Source: an uncultured delta proteobacterium (GTDB lineage: Bacteria > Desulfobacterota > Desulfobaccia > Desulfobaccales > 0-14-0-80-60-11). From it: 64,000 bases of DNA. A program made the translations under genes and the position numbers. This document shows positions 1-8,748 of this stretch, piece by piece. The stretch spans positions 1,920,001 through 1,984,000 of the forward strand of contig CAWETI010000003.1 of the NCBI GenBank assembly GCA_963812015.1. The letters run 5' to 3'. Position 1 is the stretch's first letter. Each line of letters begins with the position of its first letter. The notes under the pieces are model-generated. The model ran no database searches. It saw nothing but the letters and a program-made list of their open reading frames with translations, and was not told the origin of the DNA.

Positions 1-863
1 GACTCGGTATTCAGGATCAGGGGCATTCCGTCCCGCCCCCCGATGATGATGGTTTTGCTGTTTTGGGAGTCGGCCAGGGCCCGGGTGGTTTCGATGCCTT
101 TCCAGCGTAGCAACTGGTCCGACAGTCCCTGGGAGATGATCCTCTGGAAGTCCTGGATTCCCTGGGCTTCGATCCGCTTGCGCTCCGCCTCCTGGCGCTC
201 TTTGTCCAGGACAAACCGCATCTGTTGGGCCTGCTGGTCCGCAGCCAGCTTGGCGTTGATGGCTTCCACCACCAGCTTGGGCAGATCGACTTTACGCAGC
301 AGGATGGTCTCCACGACTATCCCCCGCTTCCCCAGGTTCCCTTCCAGGTCCCGAAAAATTTCGCTGGAGATCAGTTCCCGGCTGGAGGTATACAGGTCCT
401 TGGCTTCGTGATTGACGGTAATACCCCGGATAGCGGCCCGGAATTGCGGGTTGACCACCACCGCCTCATAATTGGGCCCCACCTGCCGGTAAACGTTGGC
501 CGCCTCAGCCGATTTCAGGTGATAGAGGCAAGAGACCTCCAGGGCAACGTTGAGCCCTTCCTTGGAGGGCGCCTCGGCGTGCTCGAAGACCTCCTTGGTA
601 CGGACGCTCATGAGTTCCATGTTGGCCAGGGGGTTGACCAGGTGCACCCCTTCGGGGATGGTGCCGTACACCTTCCCTAAGAGTACCAGGACCCCGACAT
701 TGCCCGGGGGCACCACCTTGGCCGTGGATACCGCCACGGTCACCGCCAGGACCAGGATGGCCAGGACATAGCGGATTTGCGGGAACTTCTGGAAAGCCGG
801 CACGTTGTGTCCCAGGACCACCAGGGCCAGGGCAATCAGTACTCCCAACAGGACCAAACTCAT
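1..863 (-). CDS. Prohibitin/SPFH (band 7) family membrane protein, runs off the left edge
   Basis: Not in the ORF track because it has no stop inside the window. Manual translation gives MSLVLLGVLIALALVV...VVPPGNVGVLVLLGKV...GVHLVNP...AINAKLAADQQAQQMRFVLDKERQEAERKRIEAQG. A GGAGG SD precedes ATG 863. Confidence 0.88.
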   Translation of the reverse strand, partial: MSLVLLGVLIALALVVLGHNVPAFQKFPQIRYVLAILVLAVTVAVSTAKVVPPGNVGVLVLLGKVYGTIPEGVHLVNPLANMELMSVRTKEVFEHAEAPSKEGLNVALEVSCLYHLKSAEAANVYRQVGPNYEAVVVNPQFRAAIRGITVNHEAKDLYTSSRELISSEIFRDLEGNLGKRGIVVETILLRKVDLPKLVVEAINAKLAADQQAQQMRFVLDKERQEAERKRIEAQGIQDFQRIISQGLSDQLLRWKGIETTRALADSQNSKTIIIGGRDGMPLILNTE

Positions 864-1031
864 AGTTTCCTCCATCACCCGGAATCGAGGCTGCCGGGTG
901 AGCCAAAGGTCAGGCTGCGGTCAAAGGGTTAACGGCAATGGGCAGAACGGGGCCGGCAACCGCATGAAGCAGAGGGGGCCGTCCCCATACCACTCCCTTC
1001 CCCGAGGGCGCCGCCGCCTTCGGGGTCGCGC

Positions 1032-1658
1032 CTATTTCTTCAACAGGCGGCTCCGGGAGCGGCCCACGTTCTGAAACACCGCTTGAAAGTCGCGATACAG
1101 GGTCTTATTGTGCCGAACCCGGTGACACTTTTTCAGATAGCGCTGAGGGTCGGGGTTGTCGGCCAAAAGATCCAGGCCTTCCCAACCCCCCGGCCGGGGA
1201 AAGGCGTAATACGGATATTCCTTGGGAATGCCGCGCACATAGGTCACCTGGGGGATCACCCACTCCAGCCGAGCCTGATAGAGCCGGTGCATGCCGTCGT
1301 TGATGAGCAGGGCCACCGTGCCGTCGGCCTCAAAGGACTCCTCCACCATGGGCGGGTAAAGATCGTAGACGACTTCTTCTCCGTCGGCCAGGCGCACCGT
1401 GTAGGTGACATAGCCGTCGAGCCGGAACAGATCTACCCCCCAGGCAGCCAGGCTCCAGCGTAATTCCTGGGTTTTGCGCAATTCCTGGAGCCAGATATAA
1501 TTCTGCGGCGGATGGAGGCAATTGGTGTGAATCTGCTCCAGGGTGATCAAAGCCTGCGAATAAATCAGGACATCTGTCCTTTCCAGGAGGGGTACCTGTC
1601 TCAGGCAACTAATTAATGCTTCCGGGGAATGTTTTTCCAGGGCGATAATGTCCATCAT
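1032..1658 (-). CDS. Hypothetical protein with ParB/Srx-like DGxHR motif
   Basis: 208-aa ORF. LLINDGMHRL resembles the ParB/sulfiredoxin signature. Confidence 0.65.
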   Translation of the reverse strand: MMDIIALEKHSPEALISCLRQVPLLERTDVLIYSQALITLEQIHTNCLHPPQNYIWLQELRKTQELRWSLAAWGVDLFRLDGYVTYTVRLADGEEVVYDLYPPMVEESFEADGTVALLINDGMHRLYQARLEWVIPQVTYVRGIPKEYPYYAFPRPGGWEGLDLLADNPDPQRYLKKCHRVRHNKTLYRDFQAVFQNVGRSRSRLLKK

Positions 1659-1796
1659 GGTGAACGTATCCCGTTAAAAGGTTTAAGAATGAGAATGTTC
1701 AGGACAGGAGCCGGCGGTCCCGTTGATATTACCATCATCAAACCGGATGTGGGGAAAAATTGTGCGGGGCGGGGACAAAAAATGGGCTAAAAATCA

Positions 1797-1833
1797 AAGG
1801 TTCCCAACCCCTGGGGCAGGGGCCGGGAACCTT
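1797..1833 (-). terminator. GC-rich hairpin, probable terminator
   Basis: aaggttccc...gggaacctt inverted repeat just past the stop of the 1857-2075 ORF. Confidence 0.45.
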
Positions 1834-1856
1834 GGTTTATCTTCACATCCTCCGGG

Positions 1857-2075
1857 TTAACAGTTGCCCCGGAGGAACCGAGTAGGCGGACTCAACAGGA
1901 ATGGCCCGAACCAGTCCTGGACAATGAAGCCGAAGTTGGGCTCTTCCGGCTGGGGCGCGTCTCCGAGACCCGCCTCGGTGTTCAAAAGTTCGATAAAACT
2001 CTCAGCCAGAATCTCCTCGGGGAGAGATTCGGGCAACCAGACTGGAGCGTATTCTTCTTTGCCGATGTATGCCAT
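1857..2075 (-). CDS. Small acidic hypothetical protein (72 aa)
   Basis: MAYIGKEEYAPVWLPESLPEE...RGNC, with an AAGGAAG SD-like sequence before ATG 2075. Confidence 0.55.
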   Translation of the reverse strand: MAYIGKEEYAPVWLPESLPEEILAESFIELLNTEAGLGDAPQPEEPNFGFIVQDWFGPFLLSPPTRFLRGNC

Positions 2076-2131
2076 GGTTTCTTCCTTCGGCAATTTTTTA
2101 TGCAACTCCCGTACCACCTTCCAGTCAGGTT

Positions 2132-2791
2132 CTATTCTCCCGGCCAACCCTCCACCGGACAGTTGGCGCACCGGGGCTGAGGCCGGCACCACTCCTTCCC
2201 CAGCCGCACCAGTAATGCGTGATACTCCTGGTACAGGTCCACCTCAGCCGGTAGATGCTCCATGAACCACTGGCGCAACTCTTCATAAGCACAGGCTTCG
2301 GGAATGAGCCCATGACGGCTAAGGATGCGAAAAGTATAGGCATCAACCACAAACGTGGGTTTAGCAAGGGCATAGAGCAGAATACTGTCCGCGGTCTCCG
2401 GTCCGACTCCCTTGATGGTCAGGAGCGCCGGCCGCAAGGCCGACAGGTCGGCGGCCGCCATCCGGCCCAGGGAATTTTCGAAATGGTTCGCCAGGAAATC
2501 CAGGAAATTCTTGATCCGCCTGGCCTTAATATTATAGTAGCCCGCCGGTCGGATGAGCTGGGCCAACTCCGCCTCCGGCAGGTCGTGCAGGGCCTGGGGT
2601 TCGAGCAGGTCGTGGTCTTTGAGCACCCCGATGGCTCGGGCCACGTTGTTCCAATTGGTGTTCTGGGTCAGGATCGCCCCCACCGCCACTTCAAAGGGCG
2701 TCTCCCCCGGCCACCAGCCCTGGGGCCCAAAGGCTTCCAGCATTTTCTGGAAAAGCTCCTGCAGCAATGTTTTCGTGCGCCTCGATGACAT
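2132..2791 (-). CDS. Endonuclease III-related HhH-GPD DNA glycosylase with 4Fe-4S motif
   Basis: WWPGETPFEVAVGAILTQNTNW, GVGPETADSILLYA, VVDAYTFR and C-terminal CRPQPRCANCP. Confidence 0.92.
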   Translation of the reverse strand: MSSRRTKTLLQELFQKMLEAFGPQGWWPGETPFEVAVGAILTQNTNWNNVARAIGVLKDHDLLEPQALHDLPEAELAQLIRPAGYYNIKARRIKNFLDFLANHFENSLGRMAAADLSALRPALLTIKGVGPETADSILLYALAKPTFVVDAYTFRILSRHGLIPEACAYEELRQWFMEHLPAEVDLYQEYHALLVRLGKEWCRPQPRCANCPVEGWPGE

Positions 2792-3202
2792 GAATCCTTC
2801 CGGGGGTTAACCAAAGATAGGGTTGAGCTTTAACATTAACTGACAATATATTTCGGGCAAATCACCCGTAGGGCGAAGTTTCCCCGCCCCTGCGGCCTTT
2901 CGAATCAAGGAACAACCGAAATACTCTATGATGCGATAGCTCAGTCCGGGGCCTTACTGACCGGCCCCCCGGTAATTGTACCGGTTTTTTCGGGTGGAAA
3001 GGGGATTTTTGGAGATGCACCCGTCGGAGAAATCGGCGGCGGCGGCCCAAAGGCCCTGAGGGTACGCCCCTTGGGGTATATCCGGGTAGATTAAGATTTA
3101 TTTTACCGGGTCCATGTGGTAGAATGCCCCCAATTCTCTAGCGGCGGCCACGGCAAATTTACCTGGGAGCCCGGGCGGACTCACGTTCCAACAGGACCGA
3201 CA

Positions 3203-5137
3203 TTGACCAAGCACGTCACTTTCAAGCCCTACGAGATCACGGTCGAGGTGCCGGACGGCGAGAATCTGCTGAGGGCGGCCTTGCTGGCCGGCGTCCATAT
3301 CAATGCCTCCTGCGGCGGGGAGGGCGTCTGCGGCAAGTGCAAGGTGCTGCTGGAATCGGGCGAGTTGACGAGCACCCGTTCGGGGCTCCTGAGTGACGAG
3401 GAATGGGACCTGGGCTATCGCCAATCCTGCCAAAGCCTGGTCCATGGCGACGTGGTGATCCGCATCCCGCCGGAGTCGTTGCTGGACCGGCGTACCCTGA
3501 CCCGGCGCCGGACTGGCGTCGGCCTCCGGCCCAGCCCCATCGACCTGGATGCCTTGAAGTCCGCAGGGCTCTATAATCCAGCCTTCCAAAAGAAATTCGT
3601 CGAGTTGCCTCAACCTTCCCTGGCGGACAATGCCTGCGATCTGGGCCGCCTGGAGCAGGGTCTGGCTCGCCGACACGGCCTGGATAACGTGGCTGCCGAT
3701 TTCTTCATGCTCCGCCGTCTGTCCCAGGTGATGCGGGAGGATAACTTTCGGGTCACCACCACCCTGGATTTTGCCCAACGGCGCTCCCGAAAACCCCGGG
3801 TAGTGGATATTCAAGCAGGGGACACCACCCAGGAACACTATGCCATCGCCGTGGATATCGGCACCACCACCGTCTGGTGCCAGCTCCTGGATTTAGCCGC
3901 CGGCAAGATCATCGGCCACGCCGCGGATTACAACTCCCAGATGAGCTATGGGGACGACGTCATCAGCCGCATCGTCTTCAGCCAGAAAGACCAGGGTTTG
4001 CAAAAGCTCCAACGCTCCGTGGCCGCCACCATCAACCAGGTGTTGCACCGGCTCCTCAAAAAACACCAGTTGCCGGTGACCAAGATCTCCCACATCACGG
4101 TGGCCGCCAACACCACCATGACCCATCTGTTCTACGGCATCGACCCCAAGTATATCCGCCTGGCCCCTTATATCCCCGCCGCCTGCCATACCCCGCCGGT
4201 CCGGGCCCGGGACCTGGGCCTGGAGGTGCCGGACCACGTGTTCATCTATTCGGTGAGCTCCGTGTCCAGTTACGTGGGGGGCGATATCGTGTCCGGGGTC
4301 CTGGCCTCGGGCATCTACAAAGACCCCAAGCTGACCCTCTTCATTGATATCGGCACCAATGGCGAGATCGTCATCGGCAACCAGCAATGGCTGGCCTGCG
4401 CCGCCTGCTCCGCCGGCCCGGCTTTCGAGGGCGGCGGCATCAAATTCGGCATGCGGGCCGCGGCCGGCGCCATCGAGGAAGTGAGCCTTAATCCCGACAC
4501 TTACGAACCCATGCTGATCACCATCGACATGGTGAAACCCAAGGGCATCTGCGGCTCCGGCTTGATCAATATCCTGGCGGCCATGATGGAGGCCGATATC
4601 ATCTCCCCCAACGGCAAATTTCGGGATGACCTGAACACCCCCCGGATCCGTATGGGAGAGGAGGGCCGGGAATATGTCCTGGCCATGGCCCCCGATACCC
4701 AGAGCGGCCAGGACATCTCTTTGAGCGAGGACGATATCGACAATCTGATGCGGGCTAAGGGCGCCATGTTTGCGGGCTACGTCACCCTCCTGGAGAACGT
4801 CGGCCTCCAGCTCCAGGACCTGGAGCAGGTGATCCTGGCCGGGGCCTTCGGCAATTTCATCAATATCGACAATGCCATCGCCATCGGCCTGCTGCCCGAT
4901 CTGCCCCGGGAAAACTATCACTACGTGGGCAACGCCTCCCTCCAGGGGGCATCTCTGCTGGCCTTCTCCCGGGATCTCCTGGAGGAGGAGCGCCGGGTGG
5001 CGGACATGATGACCAATTTCGAGCTCTCCGAAACCCCGGGCTTCATGGACCAATACATCGCCGCCCTGTTTCTGCCCCACACCAAAATGGAATACTTTCC
5101 CAGCATCACCGAGCGACTGCAGGCCGCCAAAGATTGA
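3203..5137 (+). CDS. ASKHA-domain (DUF4445) 2Fe-2S protein, RACo-type reductive activator of corrinoid proteins
   Basis: N-terminal CGGEGVCGKC 2Fe-2S motif, then DIGTTT, DIGTNGE, SAGPAFEG, GICGSG and LAGAFG. TTG 3203 is the preferred start; the ORF is open from 3116. Confidence 0.92.
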   Translation: MTKHVTFKPYEITVEVPDGENLLRAALLAGVHINASCGGEGVCGKCKVLLESGELTSTRSGLLSDEEWDLGYRQSCQSLVHGDVVIRIPPESLLDRRTLTRRRTGVGLRPSPIDLDALKSAGLYNPAFQKKFVELPQPSLADNACDLGRLEQGLARRHGLDNVAADFFMLRRLSQVMREDNFRVTTTLDFAQRRSRKPRVVDIQAGDTTQEHYAIAVDIGTTTVWCQLLDLAAGKIIGHAADYNSQMSYGDDVISRIVFSQKDQGLQKLQRSVAATINQVLHRLLKKHQLPVTKISHITVAANTTMTHLFYGIDPKYIRLAPYIPAACHTPPVRARDLGLEVPDHVFIYSVSSVSSYVGGDIVSGVLASGIYKDPKLTLFIDIGTNGEIVIGNQQWLACAACSAGPAFEGGGIKFGMRAAAGAIEEVSLNPDTYEPMLITIDMVKPKGICGSGLINILAAMMEADIISPNGKFRDDLNTPRIRMGEEGREYVLAMAPDTQSGQDISLSEDDIDNLMRAKGAMFAGYVTLLENVGLQLQDLEQVILAGAFGNFINIDNAIAIGLLPDLPRENYHYVGNASLQGASLLAFSRDLLEEERRVADMMTNFELSETPGFMDQYIAALFLPHTKMEYFPSITERLQAAKD

Positions 5138-5421
5138 CCTCTCCTGGAGGGGCCCTCAGGCGACTTCCACCCCCTCCCCTCTTTTCCTTTAAGGTTCAAA
5201 CTGATCGTTCCTTTCTTGTGAAATATGTAATAAATTATAAAGTTTCTTGACTCACCTGAGTAACCCCTATAATTTATGCGAACTTGTGAAAAATTAATCC
5301 GAAGCCAGGTTTTCAACCTTTGGTTCCGGTGCAGTGTTTTCTTAGCCCCGCCGGGTCTCCATCGATAGACCTGGACCGTATTCACCGGTTGTTCCGTGCG
5401 CTTTAGCCAAGGAGGGCAGTT

Positions 5422-5778
5422 ATGCAAATAAGGTGTCTGAAATGGCGGGGGGTTTCCATGTGGCCCCCTGAATGGGGGATTTCAGACCAGGGGATCGGTG
5501 AAGAAGGGGTTCTGGAAGAGGTTCACCTGCGGACTGACCTGAACCCAAAATTAATCAGTGTGATGGCCAATCATTTGGGCGATATCCGGAAAGGTATTAT
5601 GGTGCTGGAAGACTCCGCCCTCCTTGAGCTCGTTTATGGCAAGCTCAAACAGCAGGTGGGCCGTCCCCTCACCGAAATCGGGGACATGGAGATCAGTTTC
5701 TTGCCCCCCCTGCCGAAGCGCGGCCCGAGGCAGGCACGGCCCCCCTCCCCCCTCCGCTACAAATCTGTGGTCAAATAA
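5422..5778 (+). CDS. Hypothetical protein (WPPEW motif)
   Basis: 118-aa ORF with a strong AAGGAGG SD and an AT-rich promoter-like region upstream. Confidence 0.7.
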   Translation: MQIRCLKWRGVSMWPPEWGISDQGIGEEGVLEEVHLRTDLNPKLISVMANHLGDIRKGIMVLEDSALLELVYGKLKQQVGRPLTEIGDMEISFLPPLPKRGPRQARPPSPLRYKSVVK

Positions 5779-5850
5779 CCGGATGAAGACGGTTTTCCCC
5801 GGCGGTTGGACTGGCCCGGCTGGGACGCGTCATCCCCACCTGCCGCTTGC

Positions 5851-6417
5851 CTATCCCAGCTTCTTCAGCAGCCAGGCTATATTGTCCGCCAGGTCGGTAA
5901 TGGTTTTGAGGCCCTCGGCGTCGTTGGCCGCGTCCCCGGGCTTGAGGCCATAGGCGATGGGCCAGTAGCTGGAGCCCGGCACATACATCCCCATGATGCA
6001 GAACCAGAATTGCAGTTGGGCGTAGGTGAAATTGACGCCGGCCCGCCGGGCCACCACGATGGGGGTGCCCACCTTACGATAAAAGGGATTGTCCCCCTGG
6101 CGGGCCACGTAGCCGGCCCGGTCCAGGAGGGCCATGAGGTTCGGGGTGGCGGAGCCGAAGTAGACCGGGGACCCCACGATGAGTCCGTCTGCCGCGGTCA
6201 TGGCCTCATAGATGGGCATAAAATCGTCTTCCTGGGCGCAGCGGTTCTTGTCTTTGGCGCATTTCAAACAGGCCAGGCACGGGCGGATATCTTTGCCATG
6301 CAGTGACAGGTATTCGGTGGCGATCCCCTTCCCCTCCAGCACCTTCAGGGCGGTCTCCAGCAGCAGCCAGGTGTTCCCCTGGGGGCGGGGCGACCCGGAT
6401 ATGGCCAGCACCTTCAT
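5851..6417 (-). CDS. Flavodoxin family / iron-sulfur flavoprotein (NADPH-dependent FMN reductase fold)
   Basis: MKVLAISGSPR..GNT, CLACLKC...C Fe-S motif, GSPVYFG. Confidence 0.92.
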   Translation of the reverse strand: MKVLAISGSPRPQGNTWLLLETALKVLEGKGIATEYLSLHGKDIRPCLACLKCAKDKNRCAQEDDFMPIYEAMTAADGLIVGSPVYFGSATPNLMALLDRAGYVARQGDNPFYRKVGTPIVVARRAGVNFTYAQLQFWFCIMGMYVPGSSYWPIAYGLKPGDAANDAEGLKTITDLADNIAWLLKKLG

Positions 6418-6641
6418 ATCTTATTCCTCCTCAGGCGTTATGGTTTCGCACCCCACGTGCTCAATGGCATATATTATAAGGCAGAACTGCCTTGCTTTCC
6501 ATCCCTTAGTGCCTGGCCACATTGAGAAGGCCGCAACCCGGATCTGCGCGGTGCGCCTTAAGGCCAAAAAGTGGGGATCTGGCGGGCTGCTTTCTTGCCC
6601 CGGCCCGCCTAGCAAAAACCTGACGTACGGCAATAAATTGC

Positions 6642-6670
6642 TTGACTGAAATAATGCTGCAGTCTATATT
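6642..6670 (+). promoter_or_regulatory. Sigma70-type promoter of tetR
   Basis: TTGACT-N17-TATATT. Confidence 0.6.
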
Positions 6671-6671
6671 A

Positions 6672-6689
6672 TGAGTGAACAATCACTCA
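6672..6689. promoter_or_regulatory. Putative TetR autoregulatory operator
   Basis: Perfect inverted repeat TGAGTGA-ACAA-TCACTCA directly downstream of the -10 box. Confidence 0.6.
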
Positions 6690-6694
6690 CAACT

Positions 6695-7261
6695 ATGCGA
6701 CCCAAAGATAAGACCAAAGAGTTGATCGCCCGCACCGCTCTTAGCCTCTTTGTGGAGAAGGGCATCGACGGCACTACCATCCGGGACATCGCCGCTACGG
6801 CCATGATCGCCGAAGGCACCCTTTACCGGCATTATCCCAGCAAAGACGCCCTGGCCTGGGATCTGTTCAGCTATAATTTTACCGCCTTAGCCCTGGAGCT
6901 TCAAAAAATTCAGGCGCCACATCCGACTTTACAGGCTAAAGTGGACGCTATGGTCAGGCACTTCTGCACCTTCTTCGACCAGGACCCCGTCCTCTTCAGC
7001 TACTTGCTTCTGGCCCAACACGGGCAACTACAAAGAGTGACCCCCGATATGCCCAACCCGGTGGAAGTGCTACGGGAAGCCATGGCCTCCGGGATGGACC
7101 GGGGCGAGATCCCGGCCGGCGATCCTAACGTGGCCGCGGCCATGGTCCTGGGGATCGTTTTGCAGGTGGCGATATTCAAGATATATAAACGCCTTGCCCA
7201 GAGCCTTACCAGTCTGGCGGATCACCTGGTGGAAGCCTGCGGACGGGTGTTAACGAGGTAG
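6695..7261 (+). CDS. TetR/AcrR family transcriptional regulator
   Basis: LFVEKGIDGTTIRDIAATAMIAEGTLYRHYPSKDAL HTH. ATG 6695 is preferred over 6671, which abuts the -10 box. Confidence 0.92.
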   Translation: MRPKDKTKELIARTALSLFVEKGIDGTTIRDIAATAMIAEGTLYRHYPSKDALAWDLFSYNFTALALELQKIQAPHPTLQAKVDAMVRHFCTFFDQDPVLFSYLLLAQHGQLQRVTPDMPNPVEVLREAMASGMDRGEIPAGDPNVAAAMVLGIVLQVAIFKIYKRLAQSLTSLADHLVEACGRVLTR

Positions 7262-7397
7262 TTTATTGGCACCTTTGGCAAGAATTTCTTTACTTAATAC
7301 CTGGAGGCTCACCTGAAGCCTCCGTAGCCATCATGCTCTTGATTTTTCTCCGTGCTTGAGCTATTTTCTATAGACTAAGTTTTTTCTAGAGGTACGC

Positions 7398-7571
7398 ATG
7401 CCCCAGGAAGATATCAAGGATAGGATCAGGGCGGCGGCCCCGGAAGGCAAGATTGCCTGTGCCGCGGCCTTCCGCCTGGCTGAAGAATTGGGCCTCTCCC
7501 GGAAGGACCTGGGGGCGCTCTTAAATGATCTGAAAATAAAAATCATCCAGTGTCAGCTGGGTTGCTTTTAA
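7398..7571 (+). CDS. Small Cys-containing hypothetical protein (57 aa)
   Basis: Below the ORF-track cutoff. MPQEDIKDRIRAAAPEGKIACAAAFRLAEELGLSRKDLGALLNDLKIKIIQCQLGCF; GAGG SD; ends 1 nt before the next ATG. Confidence 0.8.
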   Translation: MPQEDIKDRIRAAAPEGKIACAAAFRLAEELGLSRKDLGALLNDLKIKIIQCQLGCF

Positions 7572-7572
7572 C

Positions 7573-8493
7573 ATGACCCACCTCTTCGGTCCGGTTCCAT
7601 CTCGCCGTCTGGGGCGCTCTTTGGGGGTAGATCTCATTCCCCCCAAGACCTGCCCGTATAACTGCATTTATTGCGAGGTGGGGCCCACCACCCATCAGAC
7701 CGGGCAGCGCTTCCCTTACCAGACCGATGCCATTGTTGCGGAGCTGGCCGATTACCTTCAAGACCCGGCTTCGGCCCCTGACGTCATTACCCTGGCGGGC
7801 TCCGGTGAACCCACCTTGAACCTGGGTCTGGGTCACATCATCCAAAAGATCAAAGCCATGACCCGGATTCCGGTGGCGGTGCTCACCAACGGTGCCCTGC
7901 TGTATCTGCCCGAGGTGCGCCGGGAGTTGGCCGCGGCCGACTTGGTCCTCCCCTCCCTGGACGCCGCCCGGGAAGAAACCTATCGCGCCATCAACCGGCC
8001 CCTACCGGGGCTTTCCCTGGAGTCGCTCCTTGAGGGCCTGACGTCCTTCCGCCGGGAGTATCGGGGCCAGATATGGCTCGAGGTCATGCTCATCAAAGGG
8101 CTCAACGACACCGAAGAAGAATTGTCCCTTTTGCGCCGGGCCCTGACGATAATCGCACCGGAAAAGATCCAACTCAACACCGCAGTGCGGCCAGTGGTGG
8201 AAGGTTTCGCCCGGCCTTTGGACCGCACCGCCATGAAGGCCGCCGCGGCCTTCCTGGGGGGGCCGGTGGAGGTTATCGCCGCCTTCGACCGGGAGGATAT
8301 CACCGGGGGCCAGTATCAGGATGACGATTTCGTAGAAATGCTCTCCCGGCGCCCCATGACCGCCCCGGACCTGTCGAAGGCATTGGGGCTGCCGCTGGTG
8401 CAGGTGGTAGCTTCCCTGAAACGCCTCCAGGACTCGGGCCGCATTTACCCTGACCGGCACCATGACCAGGAATTTTACCGCAACTCATCTTAG
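7573..8493 (+). CDS. Radical SAM protein (COG0731-like)
   Basis: FGPVPSRRLGRSLGVD, CPYNCIYC (CxxxCxxC), GSGEPTL, LTNG; C-terminal HTH-like segment. Confidence 0.92.
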   Translation: MTHLFGPVPSRRLGRSLGVDLIPPKTCPYNCIYCEVGPTTHQTGQRFPYQTDAIVAELADYLQDPASAPDVITLAGSGEPTLNLGLGHIIQKIKAMTRIPVAVLTNGALLYLPEVRRELAAADLVLPSLDAAREETYRAINRPLPGLSLESLLEGLTSFRREYRGQIWLEVMLIKGLNDTEEELSLLRRALTIIAPEKIQLNTAVRPVVEGFARPLDRTAMKAAAAFLGGPVEVIAAFDREDITGGQYQDDDFVEMLSRRPMTAPDLSKALGLPLVQVVASLKRLQDSGRIYPDRHHDQEFYRNSS

Positions 8494-8575
8494 ACACCGC
8501 CTCCGCGGCTGGATGGGGAGTCTTTCGGAAATTTCCTGGCCAAGAGTATGCTCAATTTTTCTGCAAGATGGTTCA

Positions 8576-8666
8576 AAGTCCCCCTGTTCTCAAGGGGGAT
8601 TTAAGGGGATTATCAGAGGGTTATCTATAATCCTCCCTCTCTGGTTCCCAAGCAATAGCTTGGGAA
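8576..8666. repeat. Palindromic intergenic repeat cluster (CCCCCT..AAGGGGG plus TTCCCAAGC..GCTTGGGAA)
   Basis: aagtccccctgttctcaagggggatttaaggggatt closely matches 41197-41258. A second hairpin ttcccaagc-aata-gcttgggaa follows. Confidence 0.65.
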
Positions 8667-8748
8667 AAATTAAACGACGCACGACCATGCCGCCAGGGCA
8701 TTGATTAACTTTCTGTCGCGAGCTTTCCGCAATTCGGGAGATATGGAT

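Noticed and set aside
2800..3200. Possible cobalamin riboswitch before the RACo gene
   Set aside because: Hairpins are present, but I found no B12-box or GGGAA/ACTG core motifs.
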